Assembly (NCBI GenBank): GCA_017881075.1
Contig: JADGRH010000002.1
Coordinates: 21,654-85,653 of the forward strand
Source: Minisyncoccota bacterium
Lineage (GTDB): Bacteria > Patescibacteriota > Minisyncoccia > Phycocordibacterales > CAJBRS01
Direction of reading: 5' to 3'
Length of the DNA stretch: 64,000 nucleotides
Position numbers and translations under genes: made by a program
The notes under the pieces: model-generated
What the model saw: only the letters and a program-made list of their open reading frames with translations
Told to the model about the DNA's origin: nothing
Database searches by the model: none
Shown: positions 38,826 through 46,305 of the stretch, piece after piece
How positions within the stretch are numbered: the stretch's first letter is position 1
Layout: each line of letters opens with the position of its first letter

Positions 38826-39035
38826 TTAATTTATTTCTTCAGCCTTCTCGCCGTACAACTTCATACTTTGAGCCTGTAAAGCTTCCAACGAATTATACTG
38901 ACCAACTACCTTCATTGGGGTCAAATATGGCAAATGATGTGAGGTTCTATCGTCTTCCATTTCATAGATAGGATGTATTAGAATGAAATCATCGCCCATT
39001 TTTCTGTAGCAAGGTTTAGCTAAGGGTTGTGTCAT
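38826..39035 (-). CDS. hypothetical protein (cassette)
   Basis: 69-aa ORF filling the interval; TGTAGAGT 6 nt before ATG. Confidence 0.6.
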   Translation of the reverse strand: MTQPLAKPCYRKMGDDFILIHPIYEMEDDRTSHHLPYLTPMKVVGQYNSLEALQAQSMKLYGEKAEEIN

Positions 39036-39135
39036 ATCTAAACTCTACAATAAAAAATAATGTTTAAAAAGTGTGGGCTGGATGTCTGGTACGATGTTGG
39101 AACCTGTTTGTATCAAAAGTGATATAATCAGAAAT

Positions 39136-39591
39136 ATGACTGATAATAAAGAAAATACAGGCGTAACACTGACACCAGCTCAAACTGTTGATCTATTAAT
39201 GAGGCTTTATGATGCTAGATTTAACTATATGCCAGATGGCACTGTTCAAATTGATGTTAAAGTGCAAAATCTTATAGAAGAACTTGCGACAAACGCCGAA
39301 AAATCTTTTGGTCATGTAAAAGATGCTCAAGGAAAGAGTGTTTTTGGTGAGGCTTACGAGAAATATCGTAAAGGTCAAGATGCTATATTAAAAATCAGCG
39401 ATTTAGTAGTTTTAAATCCTAATGCTACGGCTTCTGATAAACAAGTTCATATAGAAAAAATATTAAAACTTAGTGAGACTGTAACAGGTAGATTATTCAT
39501 TCAACAAAGTATAGATGAATTTAAGACCGTAACGGGAGTCGATTTGAGTGAAAATATTAAAGCAATTCAAAAACTTTCTGACCATAAATAA
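39136..39591 (+). CDS. hypothetical protein (cassette)
   Basis: Start placed at the ATG 7 nt after TGATATAAT. Confidence 0.7.
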   Translation: MTDNKENTGVTLTPAQTVDLLMRLYDARFNYMPDGTVQIDVKVQNLIEELATNAEKSFGHVKDAQGKSVFGEAYEKYRKGQDAILKISDLVVLNPNATASDKQVHIEKILKLSETVTGRLFIQQSIDEFKTVTGVDLSENIKAIQKLSDHK

Positions 39592-39686
39592 TTTTGTTAT
39601 AAATTACAATGTATAATCAGTTAAATTAACAAGCTATGTTTGCAACACTGTGGGTCTGGTACGATGTGGAACCCATATCAATAATT

Positions 39687-40004
39687 TTATTTCCAGGGGA
39701 GGCCCTTCTGAATCAAAATATAGGGTAAATAACCGGTTATTCCATAAAAAGCTACAATAAGAACTAGAAAATCTCCGATCTCTAAGGTGGTGAAAGAATG
39801 TATCCTCCAAAATATAAAATAAGCTAAGGCAATCCACCCCACTAATGAACCAATGAAATTTAGGATCCACTGACTCATACGTAATGGCCATGGAAAATCT
39901 CTCCACTTTTTCAGAGGCAGTCCATGAATTGTGGGGGTAAAGTATGTAATAAGAAAACTGGAAAGGATTGCAACTGCCCAATATGTTATATAAATAGAAG
40001 TCAT
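39687..40004 (-). CDS. three-TM membrane protein (cassette)
   Basis: Hydrophobic helices; fills the interval. Confidence 0.72.
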   Translation of the reverse strand: MTSIYITYWAVAILSSFLITYFTPTIHGLPLKKWRDFPWPLRMSQWILNFIGSLVGWIALAYFIFWRIHSFTTLEIGDFLVLIVAFYGITGYLPYILIQKGLPWK

Positions 40005-40085
40005 ACGTTATTAGTTATTATATCAAGATTCTAATTTGAAAATACTGCGTTGGGGGTTTGGGACGACGCTGGATCCTTTTTGAGG

Positions 40086-40577
40086 TTAACTCCAGATTTC
40101 ACTAGCTCTAGGTTCAAATTGTCTTAATATCTTTAGATAGTCTGCCTGAATATTCTGCTCGGCCCATTTAGGATACAACTCTCCTATTTGCCCATTTTTC
40201 ATCGAAATCTCATTACATGGCCCAAAAAAGAAGCCGTCTGGCGAGGCAATGAAAAGCCATGAGGGGTTCCACATTTTTAGAATGTCGTCCGTAATTTCTT
40301 TTATTTTACTTGGATCACGTCTAGTACAGAATTTAACTTCTACCAAATATACTTCTTTCTTATCCTGAGATATCAAGACAAAATCAGGAGCATTTCTTAT
40401 ATTTTCAAGAACGGCTTTTACTTCGGCTAGGTGTTGATATTGAGCAAGTTCCGGTAGTGTATATTCATAACCGGATCTGAGAATCGTATATTTCCCTGAT
40501 TCCCGAAACATTTGTTCAAAAATAGTTTCAGCGATTCTCCCTTTTATTAACTCTTTTGTAAATTCAATTTTATTCAT
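40086..40577 (-). CDS. PD-(D/E)XK nuclease-like protein
   Basis: KGRIAE...APDFVL...LVEVKF. Confidence 0.75.
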   Translation of the reverse strand: MNKIEFTKELIKGRIAETIFEQMFRESGKYTILRSGYEYTLPELAQYQHLAEVKAVLENIRNAPDFVLISQDKKEVYLVEVKFCTRRDPSKIKEITDDILKMWNPSWLFIASPDGFFFGPCNEISMKNGQIGELYPKWAEQNIQADYLKILRQFEPRASEIWS

Positions 40578-40588
40578 TTGGGTCTGGA

Positions 40589-41278
40589 TTACTCAATGCC
40601 ATCTAACATAGTCTGACTTAACGATATCGGCTTAGCTCCCGCAATATGCATAGGTTCTCGAATATCAAGAGCCGGATTTACTTGTGAAGGAATTCTAAAT
40701 GATATCGACATGACACCAATTACTTTATTGGACTCGATATCAATCAAAGGACATCCGCTATTTCCCGGATTACTTATCGCGTCTACGATAAACCAATCAA
40801 GTGGGTTCGGTGCTTGTGCTTTTCGTTTTACAGAACTGATTATTCCCTTATTCGCTATTAAGGTTAGGCCGAACCCGTCTTTTAACAAATTTACTGCATA
40901 AGGAAACCCAATGAAGTAAACGTCCTGACCCTCAACAATTGACTCGGAAAATTCTATTTTCAATGGCTTCAATAAATTAGGTTGAGTATTTGGTTTTAAT
41001 TTTAAAATGGCCATATCGTTTTCAAGAGCTTTTGTTTGGACCTCTACATTAAACCAATTATATTTTAGAAGATGACCTTCAGTTTCAGAAGCCACCATAC
41101 AGCCTAAATTAGTTAATTGATCTGGACTAAAATTTTGAATCAAATGGGCGGTTGTTAAGATAAATTGATTACTATGTACACAAAAACCACTTCCAAGAAT
41201 ATTCAATTGGCCATTATTAAGTGTGCCAACCGCTACGATGGAATTTATTACATCTTTTATATCACTCTTTAAGTTCAT
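40589..41278 (-). CDS. trypsin-like serine protease
   Basis: GSGF, TTAH, DMAIL and GNSGCP triad motifs; no signal peptide. Confidence 0.9.
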   Translation of the reverse strand: MNLKSDIKDVINSIVAVGTLNNGQLNILGSGFCVHSNQFILTTAHLIQNFSPDQLTNLGCMVASETEGHLLKYNWFNVEVQTKALENDMAILKLKPNTQPNLLKPLKIEFSESIVEGQDVYFIGFPYAVNLLKDGFGLTLIANKGIISSVKRKAQAPNPLDWFIVDAISNPGNSGCPLIDIESNKVIGVMSISFRIPSQVNPALDIREPMHIAGAKPISLSQTMLDGIE

Positions 41279-41281
41279 AGT

Positions 41282-41500
41282 TTATTTAATTGTATTATTA
41301 ATAATAGCCGGACTATCTACGTTTGTGGCGTTATTAATAATATTTTGTGTGCCAATATTATTAATAATGTTATCACCATTTTTATTTTTTTGCTTGGAGA
41401 GATTCTTTTTATAAATGCTGATGCCTGTAAGGCCAATGAGTCCTAGAGTTATCCCTGCGGCGACAGAAGCAATATAGTTTACTAAGATAATTTCAATCAT
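41282..41500 (-). CDS. small single-TM protein with Asn/Ile-rich tail
   Basis: 72 aa, coupled to the protease gene. Confidence 0.6.
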   Translation of the reverse strand: MIEIILVNYIASVAAGITLGLIGLTGISIYKKNLSKQKNKNGDNIINNIGTQNIINNATNVDSPAIINNTIK

Positions 41501-41554
41501 GGCTACCTATAATACTAAGAGGGCTTTATCTAATATGCAGATAATAAAGTACTA

Positions 41555-41869
41555 TTATCCATTTGTCCACCACGCACCTAGATTAGACCAAAAGACCATT
41601 ATGAATCCAATGATGATTAAAATTATCCCATACACTACGGATTTAAATAGGATAAAGAAGCCGAGAAAAATTATAAAAGATGCCCAGACCCCCATCTTCT
41701 TCCATTTCTTAGCTGTTTGTTCAATCTCTATCACTTTTACCACCTCTACCACCTTCTTGTCTTCCTTAGCCTCAGTAGACTGAGGATGGATCGGATTACC
41801 ACAGGAGATACACGCACTTGCTTTGTCTGATATCTCTTTTCCACATTCTGAACATTTTATAAGCGACAT
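41555..41869 (-). CDS. zinc-ribbon membrane protein
   Basis: MSLIKCSECGKEISDKASACISCGNP plus two TM helices. Confidence 0.82.
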   Translation of the reverse strand: MSLIKCSECGKEISDKASACISCGNPIHPQSTEAKEDKKVVEVVKVIEIEQTAKKWKKMGVWASFIIFLGFFILFKSVVYGIILIIIGFIMVFWSNLGAWWTNG

Positions 41870-42212
41870 AAATTTTATTTGCTTAATAGATTTATAAATA
41901 CAAAAAGCCCACCACGGGTAGTGGCCGAAGCCACTCAAACCGGTTTCCCGATAAGGCTGGATACAGCAACCCCATGATGGGTTTTTTATGCTGTATCCAG
42001 ACTTTTCGCCATGCCAACAATTTCTCATTGGTTTAGGCCATATTCAGTTGTAGATAAATTATAACACTAAAATAAGAAAATCTTGACTTGCAATTACTTT
42101 TACGAGGAGTAGAATCGTCGTTAATCAGGGTTCCCCAAAGAGGGATACTAGGAGGATATATTGCCCCACCCATTGTTTAGTTTTATCAGTTTCTTAACTA
42201 ATACAAGGCGGG

Positions 42213-42437
42213 GTGTTTTCTTTTTCCTCACAACTTATTGAGGAGACAATAAAAGTTTTTCGTGAAGAGAACGATCTAGAATTGTCTCCAGAGAAAGCCA
42301 ACGAATATTTAAATGCGTTTGCTGGCTTGTTTTTGGCGTTTCGGGATATGCCCGCAAGCCCGAGCTCTTTAGAGCCGGGCGGCGGGCTTCCGGACGACAA
42401 TCAAGACGATTCAACCCTAGGTGTTAGTAACACCTAG
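42213..42437 (+). CDS. small protein upstream of Rep
   Basis: 74 aa with GTG start; 3' part overlaps the origin-like hairpins. Confidence 0.55.
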   Translation: MFSFSSQLIEETIKVFREENDLELSPEKANEYLNAFAGLFLAFRDMPASPSSLEPGGGLPDDNQDDSTLGVSNT

Positions 42438-42440
42438 GGT
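42348..42440 (+). promoter_or_regulatory. candidate double-strand origin for rolling-circle replication
   Basis: GC-rich hairpin, then perfect 13-bp inverted repeat ACCCTAGGTGTTA-G-TAACACCTAGGGT (42414-42440), 17 nt before rep. Confidence 0.6.
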
Positions 42441-42457
42441 ACGTTGCATATTGCACC

Positions 42458-43501
42458 ATGATAGACACCATTAAATTTTTAATACCAATGAAAGATCATA
42501 AACTCTTTGAACAACTAAAAGGCAACCTAATGCGATTCAGGAAAGATGATTTAAAAACTGGAAAAATGGAGTTTGAATTTTTCAGTAGCAATATTGAACT
42601 TGGCTCCTATCAGCGTTCAGTTGCCATAAAATCAACTGATGTACCCCAAGGATTCTTCATTGAATTTTCGGTCCCGAAGTATGCCAAGGGAAATAACGTG
42701 GAGATGATTTATCCGCATGACCTTCCTGATATTATGGCGAAACTTTATGAGGAATTATGCAACCACATGAATTACCGGCTTCTGCATTTCTCTCTATGGC
42801 CAATATATCGCCTTGATGTCTGCTACAACTGGATTTTCAAAAATGAGAGTGAGGCGGTCTATGCTATGGATTTTCTAAGGAGAATTGATTTTCCTCGCAA
42901 GAAAAAATACACCTATGACACCTCGGTTATGCATAAAGGCAGTGCTTACACCATAAAGTTTTATGCCAAAGGGCCAGAATTTAAAGCCCATGATTTTAAG
43001 AAAATTGAATTTAATCATGCCCTTAGTCTTCAGTCTTGGGCAGATCGGATAGTCCGGTTTGAAGTGAATTTGAAACGAATCTACCTACAGCAGTTTTTTC
43101 TGCTTGATGTAGTGTATATGAAAGATGTCGTTGATGATGAAAGCATTTTGGAAATCCTTAAATATTATTTGGAGAAAAAAGTATTTTTCTATCTTAATGC
43201 AAATTCTATGACTGATGAGAGCATAAAGCAGATATTGTTTGATAACTTTACCAAAATAAAAGCTACCCGCCTTTACCAGTTCTACAAGGATTTTTATTTT
43301 AGCGATGAGATGAAAAACATGCTTCTGCGGGGTGGCCTGAACAGAAGCACCATCTACCGATACAAGAAAGATTTAAAGAGGGTGGGTATAGGCATTTCAA
43401 TGGAAAAGTCGCCAAGTAGTATTAACATTTTAGAGCAGTTAGTCATTCCGTCCCCGAACTCCCGCTTTGATTTAATTGATTATCAATTTAAGGAAGTATA
43501 A
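42458..43501 (+). CDS. phage/plasmid replication initiator, gene II/X (Rep_trans-like) family
   Basis: MIDT, RLDVCYN, KFYAKGPE, VRFEV motifs and C-terminal HTH (RSTIYRYKKDL). Confidence 0.8.
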   Translation: MIDTIKFLIPMKDHKLFEQLKGNLMRFRKDDLKTGKMEFEFFSSNIELGSYQRSVAIKSTDVPQGFFIEFSVPKYAKGNNVEMIYPHDLPDIMAKLYEELCNHMNYRLLHFSLWPIYRLDVCYNWIFKNESEAVYAMDFLRRIDFPRKKKYTYDTSVMHKGSAYTIKFYAKGPEFKAHDFKKIEFNHALSLQSWADRIVRFEVNLKRIYLQQFFLLDVVYMKDVVDDESILEILKYYLEKKVFFYLNANSMTDESIKQILFDNFTKIKATRLYQFYKDFYFSDEMKNMLLRGGLNRSTIYRYKKDLKRVGIGISMEKSPSSINILEQLVIPSPNSRFDLIDYQFKEV

Positions 43502-43511
43502 TATTGCCAAT

Positions 43512-45047
43512 ATGAAATTCATCATCTACTGCCGAAAATCAACAGACAGCGAAGATAGACAGGTTCTTTCTTTGGAATCTCAAGAAAACGAACTTAAACG
43601 ACTTGCTGAAACTAATGATCTAAAAATTGTTTCCATTTTTCGGGAGAGTATGTCGGCCAAAGAGCCGGGCCGTCCAGTATTCAATGACATGATGAAAATG
43701 ATTCTCTCTGGAAAGGCTGACGCAATTCTGTGTTGGAAGATAGATCGTCTTACTCGTAATCCTGTTGATGGTGGGCAGATTCAATGGTTGCTTCAGACTA
43801 ATAAAATAAATTGCATTAGAACTTTTGAAAAAAGTTTCTACCCGAATGACAATGTCCTACTGATGAGCATTGAACAAGCCATGGCTAGTCAGTACATCAG
43901 GGATTTGAGTGTGAATGTTAAACGAGGTAATCGGGAGAAGTTAGCCAGAGGAGAGTGGCCTAATCATGCTCCTTTCGGATATTTGAATGATAAGGCCAAT
44001 AAGACTATCGTTGTTGATCGGGCTAATTCTAAATACGTTTCTAGAGTATATGACCTCTATGTTAATAATCATAAAAACTTTAAGGAAATTTCATCTTTTC
44101 TTCATAACGAGGGTTTGAGGACAAAGTCTGGTGGGAAAGTTATGAAAAGTCACATTCAGAGAATTCTCTCCAATCCATTTTATTCCGGTATCATGCTCCG
44201 AGAAGGAAAATATTATCAGGGCAACCATGAGCCGTTAATTCCGAAAAGTGTCTTCGATCAAGCCCAAGAAATTATGCAAGGAAAACTGCACCCTAAATCA
44301 AAACGATTATTCTTTCCACTCCGAGGATTCCTCTCTTGCGATAACTGCGGTTGTTCTCTCACTTCCTCCCTCAAAAAAGGCCACCAGTATTACTACTGCA
44401 CTAACGGCAAGGGTAGCTGTGAGGAACACAAAAGCTATCTCCGAGAAAACCAGCTTTATGGCGTGGTCGCCAATATCCTCGCCAATATTGATTTTACCGA
44501 GCCAAAGATTGAAAAAATGTATCAAGCGGCTAAGGAGAAATCTGACTTTGAGAGTGGGTATATCATTCAGAACTTAAAGACCCTAGAGACACAGCTAGAA
44601 TCGCTTAAAACGAAAGAATCTCGCCTTCTAGACACCTTCCTAGCCGAGCAGATACCGAAAGACCTTTACGATCAAAAAACTTTAGAATTGCAGAATGAAA
44701 AATTCTCACTAGAAAAAAGGATTAAAGAGTTTAAAATCCAACAACCCGCTTTTACTTTGGAACCGATTAAAAGTATGTTTCTGGAAGCCAGTAGAGCCAA
44801 AGTAGCATTTCTTAACGGAGATGATTACAAGAAAAGAAAAGTGATAGAAAATTTTGTTTGGAACTTATCGCTGAAAAACAAATCTGTGGCTCAAATGAAA
44901 CTCGTCGGGCCTTATGAAGTGATGTTCAAAGCACCTAAAAACGGCAGTATGCGTGAATTGCTGGGGGTCTGGGACTCGACCCGAGCTTTTATTGAGTTGG
45001 GCCGCTGTAGGGAGGGAGATATAACATTGGATCAAGGTATCCGTTAA
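43512..45047 (+). CDS. large serine recombinase
   Basis: YCRKST catalytic Ser, GRP.F, DRLTRN, PFGY recombinase domain, CxxC...YYYC...C zinc ribbon, coiled coil. Confidence 0.95.
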   Translation: MKFIIYCRKSTDSEDRQVLSLESQENELKRLAETNDLKIVSIFRESMSAKEPGRPVFNDMMKMILSGKADAILCWKIDRLTRNPVDGGQIQWLLQTNKINCIRTFEKSFYPNDNVLLMSIEQAMASQYIRDLSVNVKRGNREKLARGEWPNHAPFGYLNDKANKTIVVDRANSKYVSRVYDLYVNNHKNFKEISSFLHNEGLRTKSGGKVMKSHIQRILSNPFYSGIMLREGKYYQGNHEPLIPKSVFDQAQEIMQGKLHPKSKRLFFPLRGFLSCDNCGCSLTSSLKKGHQYYYCTNGKGSCEEHKSYLRENQLYGVVANILANIDFTEPKIEKMYQAAKEKSDFESGYIIQNLKTLETQLESLKTKESRLLDTFLAEQIPKDLYDQKTLELQNEKFSLEKRIKEFKIQQPAFTLEPIKSMFLEASRAKVAFLNGDDYKKRKVIENFVWNLSLKNKSVAQMKLVGPYEVMFKAPKNGSMRELLGVWDSTRAFIELGRCREGDITLDQGIR

Positions 45048-46305
45048 CGGCAGCGATAGGGAGACGGTATGTGCGGCCGCCGCAGGCTTTGCTGGGAAGG
45101 TTTTGCATTGAGACGGCGGCGGAAGCGTAAACGCTTAAGTGAAGATGTGGACCGGTGGCATAGCCGGTAGAGCCGCTATAGCCAATAACATCGCCGCGAT
45201 GAACTAGCTGCCCTTCTTTAACTGAAATAACGGATAAGTGGCCATAAGTGCTGGCCAAGCCATTGTTATGACGGATGAAAACAAATCGGCCAAAAGAAGC
45301 GCCCGGACAGACCAGATCTGTGTCAGCTGCACCTTCCACCTTGCCGTCTGCTACAGCCATGACTTTTGTGCCGACCGATGCACCAAAATCAACACCGTTA
45401 TGTGAGCCGGAAACATAAAGTCGAGCTGAGGCGTTGGTGACGCCGAAAAGTTGGGTAATGCGAATGCTGGCGAGTGGCCAGGAAAGCGGTGACGAGCCAA
45501 CTTTCGGCAAGCTTGCAGGATTTAATATAAATTGGAGTTTGGATTGAAAATCAAAAAGATCTTTTTCAAAAGCTGCTTTTTTGGCTTGTTTATCGGCGAT
45601 GATTTGTTGATAAGTTTTTTCCTGATTCTTGGTTTGTGTTAGTAATTGAGTTTGTTGTTGTTGATTATAAGCAATAGCTTTTTTCTTATCGGATAGGTTC
45701 CCCTCATAACTGACCAAATTAGTTTTTTGAGTTTCTGTCTGACTTTTATCATTCTCGAGACCTGCCTTTAAATTTTCCAATTCATTCACTTGATCTTTCA
45801 CTCTACTTTGGAAACGCAACAAGTCGTCAATGCCATTCCAAATTTCTCCAACGCTCTGGTGACTTAGAAAGGAAACAATAATACTGGCTGATTCATTTTG
45901 TTGCATTTGGCGCATCGCTTCACCGATGGCTGCTCGGCCGTCGATAATATTTTGCTGTTCATCAGTAATCTGAAGACCTAGTTTTTGAATATCAAGGTTC
46001 GCCGCCGCAATTTTATTTTCAGTCAATTTGATATCGGCATCCAATTTTTTCTGAGAGGCCTGCAGGGTGGCGATAGCATTCTGAAGAGTTCTGGCGGCAG
46101 CACTGGTTTTGTCGGCCAAGGCCTGATATTGGGCGATCTCTTTTTCCAATTCGGCGATGTTGACATTTCGTTCATCAATCTGTTTTTGGAGATCGCTGGC
46201 ATTATCGGCATGAACTGGAAGGGGCGGCAGGCGGACGAATAAAACGCCTGCCGCTGCCAAAAGAAAAAGAAGAAAAATTATTTTATTTGATTTTTTGAAT
46301 GGCAT
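44989..46305 (-). CDS. M23 peptidase with coiled coil (murein hydrolase activator-like)
   Basis: Signal peptide, long coiled coil, HNGVDF, YGHL, GPHLH. Confidence 0.92.
   Translation of the reverse strand: MPFKKSNKIIFLLFLLAAAGVLFVRLPPLPVHADNASDLQKQIDERNVNIAELEKEIAQYQALADKTSAAARTLQNAIATLQASQKKLDADIKLTENKIAAANLDIQKLGLQITDEQQNIIDGRAAIGEAMRQMQQNESASIIVSFLSHQSVGEIWNGIDDLLRFQSRVKDQVNELENLKAGLENDKSQTETQKTNLVSYEGNLSDKKKAIAYNQQQQTQLLTQTKNQEKTYQQIIADKQAKKAAFEKDLFDFQSKLQFILNPASLPKVGSSPLSWPLASIRITQLFGVTNASARLYVSGSHNGVDFGASVGTKVMAVADGKVEGAADTDLVCPGASFGRFVFIRHNNGLASTYGHLSVISVKEGQLVHRGDVIGYSGSTGYATGPHLHLSVYASAAVSMQNLPSKACGGRTYRLPIAAVNGYLDPMLYLPPYSGPTQ

Larger units (their letters stand above)
33253..44982. 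mobile_element. cassette array B (RNA module, 13 small cassettes, autonomous element; 15 sites)
   Basis: Sites at 33551, 34169, 34613, 35517, 35999, 36476, 36860, 37347, 37709, 38127, 38777, 39077, 39647, 40049 and 44960. Confidence 0.88.
40076..44982. mobile_element. 4.9-kb integrative element with rolling-circle Rep and serine recombinase
   Basis: Bounded by sites at 40049-40075 and 44960-44982; carries Rep, origin-like hairpin, recombinase and cargo. Confidence 0.85.

Noticed and set aside
24476-40075. CRISPR array interpretation of the 27-bp repeats
   Set aside because: Intervals are 200-880 bp, variable in length and contain whole genes; no cas genes are present.
40578-40588. TTGGGTCTGGA partial match to the cassette site between two cargo genes
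   Set aside because: Only about 10 bp with no right half; could be chance.
41870-42028. N-terminal extension of the zinc-ribbon ORF
   Set aside because: It overlaps the structured leader; the domain starts at MSLIKC (41869).
24476-44982. Classical integron (IntI/attC)
   Set aside because: No tyrosine integrase in the window; GTTGGAA does not fit GTTRRRY and has no RYYYAAC inverse core; genes occur in both orientations.
40076-44982. Prophage (inovirus) call
   Set aside because: No Zot/pI ATPase, coat or other virion genes are recognisable.
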